Assembly (NCBI GenBank): GCA_036478295.1
Contig: JAZGDW010000214.1
Location: 1 to 41,474 of the forward strand
Direction: 5' to 3'
Length of the DNA stretch: 41,474 nucleotides
Origin: Candidatus Krumholzibacteriia bacterium
GTDB taxonomy: Bacteria; Krumholzibacteriota; Krumholzibacteriia; WVZY01
A model generated the notes under the pieces. It ran no database searches, was not told where the DNA came from, and was given only the letters and a program-made list of their open reading frames with translations. Shown piece by piece: positions 1-9,293 of this stretch. The first letter of the stretch is position 1. The number at the start of each line of letters is the position of its first letter. The translations under genes were made by a program, and so were the position numbers.

Positions 1-1073
1 TAGGTGAGCGGGAAAGCCACGAGCAACACCGGCACCCCGCGCTCCCGGCAGAAGTCGAAAATCCGGCTCAGATTCTCCAACGTTATCTCCCATGCGCGCT
101 CAATATCCGTTGATTCTGGATCATCGATTAATCGCCGGACACTGCGGGATTGTCTTTCTTTTGCCCCTTCTCCGATATCCGCGCCAAACCGGCGCCGAAC
201 GAGGAGTCTGTGCACGACTTGCACGGCGGCGCTGTTGTGACTCAGCCGGTTGAGGAGCGAATAGTAAGAATCTGCCAGTTGATGGCCCTCTCCCCGCCCC
301 CCGAACTGCACCAGACCTAACTTCTCTGTCACGTCGTTCAAAACGAAACCGACCACGACCAGGTCCGGATCGTAGCGGATTCCCTCTTTTCTCAGGTAGA
401 CCAGCTCCTGCCAGGGTGAATATCCCCCGACCCCCGCATTGATGGTCTCTACATCCGCGCCGAATGCGCGCTGGAGCTTTGGCTCCACCGCATACGGGAA
501 CGACTGCGCGTAGTCTTCCAGCCCGAATCCGAAGGTCACTGAATCGCCGAGGTAGAGGATTCTCGTCTTGCCGGCGGGTTTTTCGTACTCGAGCTCCGGC
601 CCGCGAAGACCCTTGCCGTTGATCCGTACCGTGACGCCTTTCCACTCGTCCACCGTGTTGGGTCTGAGCTTCCACCCGAGATCCTCGTCCTTGACGAACA
701 CCGTGGTCTGCTTGGGCTGCAGGTGAACCAGTGGCCTCAGGGTGCTCTCTGCGACAAAGGGCGGCAGCACGAGCACCAGTACGGCAATCGTAAATTTCTG
801 CACCACATCGTGGTTGAAAAAGCGGTGCGGAAGCCCCCCGCTCCGCCGCGGCGAAACGAGCCTGGCAAGACCTAAAAAAAACAGACCCGCCAGCACGTAG
901 ACCACCTCGACCCGCCGGATGCCGGCAACGGTGTCACGTTCCAGCGGCGGGTTCGGGTCGAAGCGCTCGACCACAAACTCGTTGTAGACGAGCGCCAGCA
1001 ACAGGAACACCAGTCCCGACAGGAGGAACATGATCGACGGGATGCGTCCACTTTGCGGTTCGTTGTTGGTCAC
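1..1073 (-). CDS. SGNH/GDSL hydrolase family protein, N-terminal membrane anchors (partial, runs off the left edge)
   Basis: Manual translation from GTG at 1073 stays open to the window edge. Contains RILYLGDSVTFGFG (block I), INAGVGGYSPWQE (block II) and DPDLVVVGFVLND (block III). Not in the ORF track because no stop lies in the window. Confidence 0.85.
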   Translation of the reverse strand, partial: MTNNEPQSGRIPSIMFLLSGLVFLLLALVYNEFVVERFDPNPPLERDTVAGIRRVEVVYVLAGLFFLGLARLVSPRRSGGLPHRFFNHDVVQKFTIAVLVLVLPPFVAESTLRPLVHLQPKQTTVFVKDEDLGWKLRPNTVDEWKGVTVRINGKGLRGPELEYEKPAGKTRILYLGDSVTFGFGLEDYAQSFPYAVEPKLQRAFGADVETINAGVGGYSPWQELVYLRKEGIRYDPDLVVVGFVLNDVTEKLGLVQFGGRGEGHQLADSYYSLLNRLSHNSAAVQVVHRLLVRRRFGADIGEGAKERQSRSVRRLIDDPESTDIERAWEITLENLSRIFDFCRERGVPVLLVAFPLT

Positions 1074-1106
1074 GCTGCCCCTTTTTGTGTCACATGCGTT
1101 ATGGCT

Positions 1107-2705
1107 TCAGTCGGCACTGAAGATCTGTGTCACATCCACTCGATACAAACGGCGGGCCGGCTCGACGCGGACAGTCTCCACGGTCGTGAACCCGAGGCTG
1201 TCCGGGCGGAACGCGAAGTAGACCTCGTCCGGTTTCTTCTCTCGGATGAGGTTTACCATATAGGCCCTTCTTGGCAGTACGTAGTGAACATCGACTTCCT
1301 GCAGCAATCCCGAGACGAGCTTGTGATACAAGAGGACGTTTGCTTCGGCCCACTTGGCGAATATGAGACTGTTCGGCGCCACGGTATTCGCTACACTCTC
1401 ACCGTATTCTCTACCTTTCGTGCCGCTTGCGATCAAGTGCCAGAAAAAACCTTCGCCCTGTTCGATCTCCAGGATCCCGCCCGGCGAGCGGAGAAACCGG
1501 GCAAACGGAGAGGTTCGCCCGTGCCGCAGAACGGGCAACGCCACCAGAAGCACCGCCAGTGCGGCGATCGCCACCACCGATATCCTTTTGTAGCGGGCGA
1601 CGGATCTGCGGAATCGCGAGACACCGTGCGCCAAGTAGATGGCCAACACGAGGTAAATGGGGATCGAGTAGGTATAGGTTAGCGCTCCGCCCGAAAGATA
1701 GTTGAGCGCCAGGCCGGCGTACGCCACGATCAGTACGAGCCAGAAAACTCTCAACTCCCGTTCCGCCCGCCACAGCGACAGGAATCCCGCCACTATTACC
1801 AGCGAACCGAGAAACGGATATTCCAGCGATACGAGGTGCCGGACCCAGTACACCGTTTGTCTGGCGAACCCCACCGGAGTTTGCAGGATGTCGCCGTAGC
1901 GGGCCGGCCACATCTGAAAGCGCAGTTTCTCCCAGAAATGCGCGAAAGCGGCCGGATCGAAACCCCGGTCCGCGTACAGGTATCGTCCCTGGTTCTCGTA
2001 CCAGTTGAGGGCGTTCGGATTGCCCGCCACGATGTACGTGTACAGATACAGAGTGAACGGCAGCAGGAAGAGCGCCGCTCCCACTGCCACGTCCCGGCGC
2101 GATAAGTACCCGGCCAGTCTCCCCCGCTGCCGGTAGAGAACGAAGGCCAGCGCCGGAAACACGGCGATGTTCAACTGATGATGCGACACCAGAAACCCCA
2201 CGGTGAGCACGAGCATAAACCATGTCGACCTCGAACCCGTGCGTAACAATCGGAGCAATAGCAAGAGGAATACGACAAAGAGCAACGTGCCGGGCGCATA
2301 CACTTCCGCCACGACCGCGGCCTGCCAGAAGGCGTGCGACAGACCGAACGCCGCCCCGGCGATCGCCGAAGCAATCACGTCCCGTGTGATTCCGACAATA
2401 AGTACGAAGAGTAGCCCCACGGTCAGCGCCGCACATACGACGGACAGTAGCGTGACCCGAAACGCCGGCTCACCCATGGGAAGCCGCGCGAAGCAGTTGC
2501 TCAGAATGCAATAGAATGGATAGGGTTGGTGGGGAATGCCCCCCACGACGCCGATGGTTTGAAACTGCGCCGCGTCACCGGCGTCCATGGTGACGTCGTA
2601 ATGGGTCGTCAGCAGGTACAGGATGAGAAAACATGCGGTGAGCGTGCCGGCCACGCACGCCGTGATTGCCCTCGGTACGATCGACGTGTCCTCGGCGGGA
2701 GCCAT
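1107..2705 (-). CDS. DUF2723 / GT-C superfamily membrane glycosyltransferase (TMEM260-like)
   Basis: GDAAQFQ...GGIPHQPYPFY and AVVAEVY motifs; many TM helices. Confidence 0.75.
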   Translation of the reverse strand: MAPAEDTSIVPRAITACVAGTLTACFLILYLLTTHYDVTMDAGDAAQFQTIGVVGGIPHQPYPFYCILSNCFARLPMGEPAFRVTLLSVVCAALTVGLLFVLIVGITRDVIASAIAGAAFGLSHAFWQAAVVAEVYAPGTLLFVVFLLLLLRLLRTGSRSTWFMLVLTVGFLVSHHQLNIAVFPALAFVLYRQRGRLAGYLSRRDVAVGAALFLLPFTLYLYTYIVAGNPNALNWYENQGRYLYADRGFDPAAFAHFWEKLRFQMWPARYGDILQTPVGFARQTVYWVRHLVSLEYPFLGSLVIVAGFLSLWRAERELRVFWLVLIVAYAGLALNYLSGGALTYTYSIPIYLVLAIYLAHGVSRFRRSVARYKRISVVAIAALAVLLVALPVLRHGRTSPFARFLRSPGGILEIEQGEGFFWHLIASGTKGREYGESVANTVAPNSLIFAKWAEANVLLYHKLVSGLLQEVDVHYVLPRRAYMVNLIREKKPDEVYFAFRPDSLGFTTVETVRVEPARRLYRVDVTQIFSAD

Positions 2706-2712
2706 CGCGCGA

Positions 2713-3972
2713 TCACTCGCCCGCCGTCCGGTCGCCGGCTTCGAACAAACGCATGTAATCTTCGAGGCGCTCTGCGCGGCGAATCCGGGTCAGCCGGTCG
2801 CCGTCGACCAGGTACTCCGCCGGGCGCAGCCTGGCGTTATAGTTGGAGCTCATCGCGTAACCATAGGCACCGGCGTCGTGGATAGCCACGCCGGCGTCTT
2901 CTCCCGGGGTGGCCAGCTCGCGGTCCCTGCCCAGGAAATCCCCAGATTCACAGACGGGCCCGACGACGTCGAACGTGTCGCGGGGCCCGTCGACCGGCTC
3001 GATGAACTCGATGCGGTGGTACGCCTCGTAGAGGCTCGGCCGGATGAGCTCGGCCATGCTCGCGTCCGTTACGATGAACTGCTTGTTGCCGTTCGACTTC
3101 ACCCCGATGACCCGGCTTACCAGAATCCCCGCACTGCCCACGATCGACCGCCCCGGCTCGACGATCACGGTCACGTCGTCGCTGAGCACCTGTCGAACGC
3201 ACTCTACTAAATCGGACGGCTTGGGCATACGCTGCTGTCCTCCGTAGTCGATTCCCAGACCACCGCCAATATTCAAGTATTTTGCATCGAACCCCCGCTG
3301 CCGCACATCCTCGAGCACCTTCATCATCAGTGCCGTGGCATCCCGGAACACCTCCACGTCCTTGATAGTGGACCCCAGATGACATTGAACACCGACCAGA
3401 TCCACGAACCGTGACGCTTTGATTCGATCGAGGACCCGGGGCAGGTGCTTGCTGCCGATACCAAATTTCGAGTCCCGAATTCCCGTCGAGACGTGCGGGT
3501 GGACACCGGGGTCCAGATCCGGGTTGATACGGATCAACACGCGTACCGGCTTGCCGGCCGAAACAGCCGCCTGCTCTATATGCCCGAGGTCGAATTCACT
3601 GTCGACGTTGATCAACACGCCGTGCCCGGCGGCGAGGCGGAGCTCCGGCATCGTCTTGCCGTTGCCGTTGAATACGATAGCCGCGGGATCGAATCCAGCC
3701 GTCAGGGCCAGTTCGAGCTCGTTGCCGCTGACCAGCACGGCGCCGGAACCCAGCTCGCGCAGGTGCCGGAGCAGGGTCAGATTGCTGTTGGCTTTGAACG
3801 CGTAGGAGATAATGGACGGAACGCCTTGCAGCGCGGACGCGTAGGCCTGGTAGTTGTCCGTCAACTGGGCGAGGCTGTACAGATAGAAAGGACTCTCCGG
3901 TACACGCTTCTGGATGGCCTTGACCTTGAGCCGCTCACAGTGGAGATAGTTTTTCTTGTAATAAAAACTCAC
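2713..3972 (-). CDS. lysA: diaminopimelate decarboxylase
   Basis: PLP lysine motif YAFKAN; SKFG, HLGS, GGGLG, EPGRS, GPVCESGD and GAYG..MSSNYN motifs. Confidence 0.95.
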   Translation of the reverse strand: MSFYYKKNYLHCERLKVKAIQKRVPESPFYLYSLAQLTDNYQAYASALQGVPSIISYAFKANSNLTLLRHLRELGSGAVLVSGNELELALTAGFDPAAIVFNGNGKTMPELRLAAGHGVLINVDSEFDLGHIEQAAVSAGKPVRVLIRINPDLDPGVHPHVSTGIRDSKFGIGSKHLPRVLDRIKASRFVDLVGVQCHLGSTIKDVEVFRDATALMMKVLEDVRQRGFDAKYLNIGGGLGIDYGGQQRMPKPSDLVECVRQVLSDDVTVIVEPGRSIVGSAGILVSRVIGVKSNGNKQFIVTDASMAELIRPSLYEAYHRIEFIEPVDGPRDTFDVVGPVCESGDFLGRDRELATPGEDAGVAIHDAGAYGYAMSSNYNARLRPAEYLVDGDRLTRIRRAERLEDYMRLFEAGDRTAGE

Positions 3973-4216
3973 GGGGCCCTCTCGTGTGGTCAGCCCGCCT
4001 CCGAAGGACGCGCGTACTCCGGCGTCCGATCTGCCGCAACCACTGGCCTATCTTAGGGAATTCGTACAGGTTCGTCAAAGGAAGGATGAAGAGGACCGGT
4101 GGTGCGCCGCTCAACGGTTGCCGCATACTGCATCATGTAGGGGCCCGCAGACCCGCCCCGGCCAGGCGAAGCGGGTCCACCACACAAACTACCGTAAGAC
4201 CTGTCTGCCGATGCCG

Positions 4217-5011
4217 CTACGGCTTGACCGCTTCGATACTCGCCGAGACGACGAGATCCTCGATGCGCTTGCCCGGCGCCCATTCGCGGATGATCTCCTT
4301 GCTGCGCTGCAGGGGCTCGATGCGGATATCGGTGAAACCCGCCGCCGCCAGCGCGGTTTTCAGCTGGCTGATCGGCTCCGCCCCCGCCACGCACCCCGTG
4401 TACAGCGCGAGGTCCTTCTTTACCTCGTCGGGCAGCTCCGCCGTCGCCACGACATCGGACACGGCCAGCCGCCCACCCGGTTTCAGTACCCGGAACGCCT
4501 CTTCGAAGACACGAGTTTTATCCGGGGACAGGTTTATGACACAGTTGGAAATGATGACATCGATGGAATCGTCTGCGACCGGCACGCGCTCGATTTCACC
4601 GAGACGAAACTCCACGTTTTCAAATCCACCCTTGACGGCGTTCTCGCGCGCCTTGCCTATCATCTCGGGCGTCATGTCCACGCCGATCACGTGACCGTTC
4701 TCTCCCACCGCCCGGGCCGCCAGAAAGCAATCGAAGCCGGCGCCACTGCCCAAGTCCACGACGGTTTCGCCGGACCTCAGTACCGCGATCGCTTGTGGAT
4801 TGCCGCATCCCAGACCCAGGTTGGACCCCTCGGGCACCGCGGCAACCTCCTCACTGGAATAGCCCATCCCCACCGAGATACTCTCGGCCGCCGTCACGGG
4901 TCCGCAACAAGACGCCTCCGCGCCGTCGCAGCCGGCGCCGCCGGCCTCGGCGATGTCACCGTAACTCTTGCGCACCGCGCGGCGAAGATCTTCGTCCTTT
5001 AATTGCTTCAT
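4217..5011 (-). CDS. arsM: arsenite S-adenosylmethionine methyltransferase
   Basis: SCCG, GLGCGNP, DLGSGAGFD, SNCVINL and TGCVAGA Cys motifs; ATG at 5011 preceded by AAGGAGG. Confidence 0.9.
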   Translation of the reverse strand: MKQLKDEDLRRAVRKSYGDIAEAGGAGCDGAEASCCGPVTAAESISVGMGYSSEEVAAVPEGSNLGLGCGNPQAIAVLRSGETVVDLGSGAGFDCFLAARAVGENGHVIGVDMTPEMIGKARENAVKGGFENVEFRLGEIERVPVADDSIDVIISNCVINLSPDKTRVFEEAFRVLKPGGRLAVSDVVATAELPDEVKKDLALYTGCVAGAEPISQLKTALAAAGFTDIRIEPLQRSKEIIREWAPGKRIEDLVVSASIEAVKP

Positions 5012-5059
5012 TATTTGCCCTCCTTTGAGGTCATTGATTGTCAGGTTGCTTTCACCCTG

Positions 5060-5087
5060 TAGACGGTAAGACCCCAAAATGGACGCA
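5060..5087 (-). promoter_or_regulatory. putative ECF (SigZ-type) promoter upstream of arsM
   Basis: Minus strand reads TGCGTCC-N15-CGTCTA, an ECF-like -35/-10 layout (CGTC -10), between the sigZ stop and the arsM RBS. Confidence 0.5.
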
Positions 5088-5103
5088 AAGATTCTGCGGG
5101 GAT

Positions 5104-5649
5104 TCAGCAGGTGTCGCAGTCCGATCCCTTTTCCCAGTCGATGACCCTGCCCCGGTGGTCGAACTCGAAGCGGCAGCAGTCGACGAGCAGCTTTTTCAGC
5201 ATCACCCGGCCGCGCTGGATGCGGGACTTGGCCCCCGACAGAGAGACCCCCTGCCGCCGGGCCACCTCGCCCTGTGTGAGTTCCTGGATGTCGGACAGCA
5301 TGAGGGCTTCGCGGTACGGCTCCGGCAAGGTGTGGATCATCGGCTGCAACCAGCTCTGTATCTCCTGCCGCGTCTTCTCGCTGGGGTCCGCCTCGGGAGC
5401 GGAGAGAGACTCGGGAAGTTCGCCCTCTTTCTTTTGTGCGCGGTAGTGATCGACGATGGCGTTGCGGGTGATTTGATAGATCCAGCTTTGCACCTTGCCG
5501 TTATCCTGGAGCGTGCCGATCCGCGAGTGAATCCGAACGAAAACTTCCTGCAGGATGTCATCGGCGGCCTCGCTGTCGCCGATGCGGCTCTCGATGAAGC
5601 CGCGCAGACTCGTGTTGTACTGCTTCCAGATTTGCTCGGTTTGGTTCAT
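5104..5649 (-). CDS. sigZ: ECF sigma factor, SigZ family
   Basis: AADDILQEVF, WIYQITRNAIVDHYR and SLSGAKSRIQRGR regions 2/4; C-terminal DCCRFEFD..G.VID typical of SigZ. Confidence 0.85.
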   Translation of the reverse strand: MNQTEQIWKQYNTSLRGFIESRIGDSEAADDILQEVFVRIHSRIGTLQDNGKVQSWIYQITRNAIVDHYRAQKKEGELPESLSAPEADPSEKTRQEIQSWLQPMIHTLPEPYREALMLSDIQELTQGEVARRQGVSLSGAKSRIQRGRVMLKKLLVDCCRFEFDHRGRVIDWEKGSDCDTC

Positions 5650-5794
5650 GTTCGCGTACCGGCGCGCAGAGCGCGCCCTTGCACCCGTTCTCCTATACAA
5701 TAATCAATGCCGGCCCGTGCCGTAAGCAAAGTGTTTTTTGACAATAATCAAACGCCGCAGGGGACTCGAGTCGATCGGTCGGCCCGCTGCGCGC

Positions 5795-7048
5795 TCAGCG
5801 GCCGGTGTCCGGGACGCCCGATCCGGTTCTGGCCAGCCTGCCCACCGTCAGTCCCTGAACGATGATCGAGAACACGACCACGACGTACGTCACCGTCAGC
5901 AGCAGGTCACGCTCATCCCCGGCGGGAAGGGACAGCGCGAGGGCGACGGAGATGCCGCCGTGCAGGCCGCCCCAGGTCATGATCCTCACCGCCCGGGGGC
6001 TGAAGGTCCGTCGCCGGCGCATGACGGTGACGGGCACGCCAACACTAATGAAACGCGCACCGAGAACCACCGGTATCATCAGCAGCCCCGCCACGATATA
6101 GTTCTTCTCGATCGTGATGAGAAGTATCTCGAGCCCGATCAGGAGAAAAAGCACTGCGTTCAGTATCTCGTCCATCAAATCCCAAAACGAATCCAGATGT
6201 CCCCGGGTCTTGTCGCTCATGGCGAGGAGGCGCCCGCGGTTGCCGATGAGAATCCCCGCAACCACCATGGCGATGGGGCCCGACACGTGAATGGCCCTCG
6301 CCAGCGCGTAGCCGCCCATCACCAGCGCGAGCGTAAGGAGCACTTCAACCTGGTAGTTGTCCACGTTCTTCAACATCCAGTACGTCAGCCAGCCGATAAC
6401 GAAACCAAACAAGGCACCTCCGAGCGTTTCCTCTACAAACAAAAGCGTCACGTGCCCGGCGGTTACATCGTGTCCGCCCGTCGCGATTTCCGCCAGCACC
6501 AGAAACACGACCACCGCGACGCCGTCGTTGAACAGGCTCTCTCCGACGATCTTGGTCTCGAGGCTCTTGGGCACGCCCGCCCGTTTCATAATACCGAGTA
6601 CGGCGACCGGATCCGTCGGTGAGATGAGCGCGCCGAAGAGCAGGCAATACATAAAGGGAATGTCGATGTGCAGAAAACCGAACACCGCCCACGCGACAAC
6701 ACCCACGATAACCGTGGTCGTCACCAGTCCCACGGTGGCGAGAATGCTGATGATCCATTTGCGGTCGGCCAAGTCGGCGAGGTTGATGTGCAACGCTCCA
6801 GCGAACAGCAGGAAACTCAGCATACCGTGCATCAAGGCGATGTTAAAATCGATCGTACCGAGAATTTCTGCCGCCTGCGTACGCACGCCCTCGAAACCGA
6901 AATAGCCCAACCCGACCACCCCGAGCGACACGACGATCGCCATCAGCATGATGCCGATCGCGGTCGGCAGGCCGATATAACGGTAGTTGATGTAACTGAA
7001 CACCGCCGCCAGGGTCAGCAGCAGCGCGGCCAGGTCCAAAATCGCCAC
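5795..7048 (-). CDS. CPA1/NhaP-type Na+/H+ antiporter
   Basis: ISPTDPVAV, GESLFND and WGGL.GGIS.ALAL motifs; about 12 TM; GTG start after GAGGAG. Confidence 0.9.
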   Translation of the reverse strand: MAILDLAALLLTLAAVFSYINYRYIGLPTAIGIMLMAIVVSLGVVGLGYFGFEGVRTQAAEILGTIDFNIALMHGMLSFLLFAGALHINLADLADRKWIISILATVGLVTTTVIVGVVAWAVFGFLHIDIPFMYCLLFGALISPTDPVAVLGIMKRAGVPKSLETKIVGESLFNDGVAVVVFLVLAEIATGGHDVTAGHVTLLFVEETLGGALFGFVIGWLTYWMLKNVDNYQVEVLLTLALVMGGYALARAIHVSGPIAMVVAGILIGNRGRLLAMSDKTRGHLDSFWDLMDEILNAVLFLLIGLEILLITIEKNYIVAGLLMIPVVLGARFISVGVPVTVMRRRRTFSPRAVRIMTWGGLHGGISVALALSLPAGDERDLLLTVTYVVVVFSIIVQGLTVGRLARTGSGVPDTGR

Positions 7049-7206
7049 GGGTACACACTCCTCTCTGCACGGTCGGATCACGCCCATCCGCCCGATTGTG
7101 CGGGAGCGTACAGATATCGACACGACAAGTCAAAGGAATCGCCACGGCCCGCCCCGGGGCGGCATCGCTCGGCGACAGGGCCGTGGAAAAGAGCGCAAAG
7201 CGTCAT

Positions 7207-7248
7207 TTGACAACACCGGTGGATCGGCGTAAGCTATTGGCAATAGCT
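7207..7248 (+). promoter_or_regulatory. sigma70-like promoter with overlapping palindromic operator for the tricarboxylate operon
   Basis: TTGACA (7207-7212), N17, TAAGCT (7230-7235); inverted repeat AGCTATT-ggc-AATAGCT (7232-7248). Confidence 0.6.
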
Positions 7249-7324
7249 ATGTACGGCTCCATGAGCGCTTGCACGCAACACCGCGTGAGCGAGAGATTTT
7301 TTTACCTGAAACGGGAGGAATCTT

Positions 7325-7867
7325 GTGAGGGAAGCCGCCGAACGGCTCTGGCCCGAATTACAATGGATCGAAGACGAGGGTCTGCGCGAGAGCGTAACGC
7401 TCACCTGGGTCAAAGCGCTGGAGAGGAGTGCTCTCGCACCGGACGACCTGCTGGAGATTCCGTTTACGCTGCTCGTCCCCGACTGCCCCGCGACCTTCAT
7501 GGAACACAAGCGTTGCGTGGTGCACATCGCCCGCAGATCCGCCGAGTCGATGCGGGAATTTCTGGGCAAGGCCCTCGAGATCGACATGGACACGGTTATC
7601 GCCGGCGCCATACTGGCGGACGTGGGGAAACTGCTCGAGTACGAGAAAGCGGGCGGCAAGACGCGCCAGAGTGCGCGCGGTAAGCATCTCCGGCATCCGT
7701 TCACCGGCGTGGCGCTCGCCCTGGAGTGTGGCGTTCCGGACGAAGTCTGTCATATCATCGCGGCGCATGCCGCCGAAGGCGACCTCGTCCAGCGCACCAC
7801 GGAAGCAATCATCGTTCATCATGCTGACTTCATGAGTTACCTGCCGTTCAAAAATCTCGTGCGTTAA
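7325..7867 (+). CDS. HD/HDIG-domain protein (HD motif reads AD)
   Basis: EH...V, AGAILADVGKLLEY, RHPF.G, HIIAAH and IVHHAD motifs of the HD fold; RBS GGAGG. Confidence 0.8.
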   Translation: MREAAERLWPELQWIEDEGLRESVTLTWVKALERSALAPDDLLEIPFTLLVPDCPATFMEHKRCVVHIARRSAESMREFLGKALEIDMDTVIAGAILADVGKLLEYEKAGGKTRQSARGKHLRHPFTGVALALECGVPDEVCHIIAAHAAEGDLVQRTTEAIIVHHADFMSYLPFKNLVR

Positions 7868-7904
7868 GCCCGCACGCGACGGAGCGGGTGAGGGGAGAAA
7901 ACGT

Positions 7905-9281
7905 ATGTCGGACACGGTTACAGCCAAAATGGCCCGCTGGGCCGCCCAGCTCGAATTCGAACACCTCGGCGACCGGGCGATTCACGAATCCCGCCGTTAC
8001 TTGCTCGACTCGTTGGGATGTGCGTTCGGAGGCTACCGTCAGGAGGACGCGCGTATCGCACTCAAGGTCCTGGACGAGATCGGCGGGTCAGGGGCCGCGA
8101 CCATCATCGGCACGGGCAAGAAGGCGGATCCCGTGACGGCGTCACTCGCCAACGCGTTGATGATCCGTGTCATGGATTACAATGATATTTACTGGCAGCA
8201 GGACCCTTCGCATCCCTCTGACATTATCCCGGCCGCAATGGCGTGCGGGGAACGGTCCGGGCTCGGGGGCAAGGACCTCATCGTCGGTATCGTTCTCGGT
8301 CACGAGTTCGAGATGCGCCTTTGCGAGGCCGCCTTTCCAGGCATCCGCGAACGCGGCTGGCACCATGCGACGCTGACGGCGTTCGCCTCGCCCATCGTCG
8401 CCGGCTGGATGCTGCGCTTGCCCTGGGAAAAGATCCAGCACGCCATCGGTATTTCGGCTTCGCGCCACGCCACCTTCGGTGCGGTCACCGCCGGCAAGCT
8501 CACCATGATGAAGAACACTGTCGACCCGATGGCCACGCAGAGCGGCGTGCTGGCGGCGCTCCTTGCCGAGGAGGGTTACACCGGGCCGGAACACGTCATC
8601 GACGGCAAGGAGGGCATTGCGCACTGCTTTGGTCCCGAGTGGAAACTCGACGTTCTGACCGAAGGGCTCGGCGAATCGTGGCGCATCGAGCGCTGCGGCA
8701 TGAAGGCGTTTCCCACCGAGGCGCTGACGCACGCGCCAATCTCCGCCGTGCTCGACATCGTGGGCGAACATAATCTGAAGCACCCGGACGTGGAGAAGGT
8801 CCACATCCGTTCGCTCGCCCGAGCGGCGGACATTCTTGCCGATCCTTCCAAGTACGACCCGCGTACGAAGGAGACGGCCGACCACAGCCTGCCGTACGTC
8901 ATCGCGGCGGCACTCGTGGATCACCAGGTCACCCCCGCCCAGTTCGAGACCGAACGCATCATGAGCGACGACATCCGCGCGCAGTTGAACAAGGTGGAGG
9001 TCGTGGCGGATGCGGAAATCGAAAAACTTTTTCCGGAGCTCCAGCGTGTCATCGTCACCATTACGACAACGGATGGACGCGAGTTCACCAGGCAGTTGGA
9101 CTACCCGAAGGGCGATCCACGCAATCCCCTGACCGACGACGAGATCGAAACAAAGTTCGACGCCCTGGCGGCGCCGGTCCTGTCGGACGACGCGCGTAAG
9201 CGGCTGAAGGAAGCCGTGTGGGGGCTCGAAGACGTGGGATCAATATCGGAGCTTATGGCGCTGTGCCGCGCCGACAAGTAA
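7905..9281 (+). CDS. prpD: MmgE/PrpD family dehydratase (2-methylcitrate dehydratase-like)
   Basis: RVMDYND, SHPSD, RGWHH, KETADHSLPY and PKGDPRNP motifs. Confidence 0.9.
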   Translation: MSDTVTAKMARWAAQLEFEHLGDRAIHESRRYLLDSLGCAFGGYRQEDARIALKVLDEIGGSGAATIIGTGKKADPVTASLANALMIRVMDYNDIYWQQDPSHPSDIIPAAMACGERSGLGGKDLIVGIVLGHEFEMRLCEAAFPGIRERGWHHATLTAFASPIVAGWMLRLPWEKIQHAIGISASRHATFGAVTAGKLTMMKNTVDPMATQSGVLAALLAEEGYTGPEHVIDGKEGIAHCFGPEWKLDVLTEGLGESWRIERCGMKAFPTEALTHAPISAVLDIVGEHNLKHPDVEKVHIRSLARAADILADPSKYDPRTKETADHSLPYVIAAALVDHQVTPAQFETERIMSDDIRAQLNKVEVVADAEIEKLFPELQRVIVTITTTDGREFTRQLDYPKGDPRNPLTDDEIETKFDALAAPVLSDDARKRLKEAVWGLEDVGSISELMALCRADK

Positions 9282-9293
9282 GGACCTTCGACC

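Noticed and set aside
3975..4216. Lysine riboswitch upstream of lysA
   Set aside because: No recognisable AGAGGNGC start or L-box architecture
5104..5106. Sec read-through of the sigZ TGA after CDTC
   Set aside because: The protein is already full SigZ length, no convincing hairpin follows, and the downstream DNA looks like a promoter
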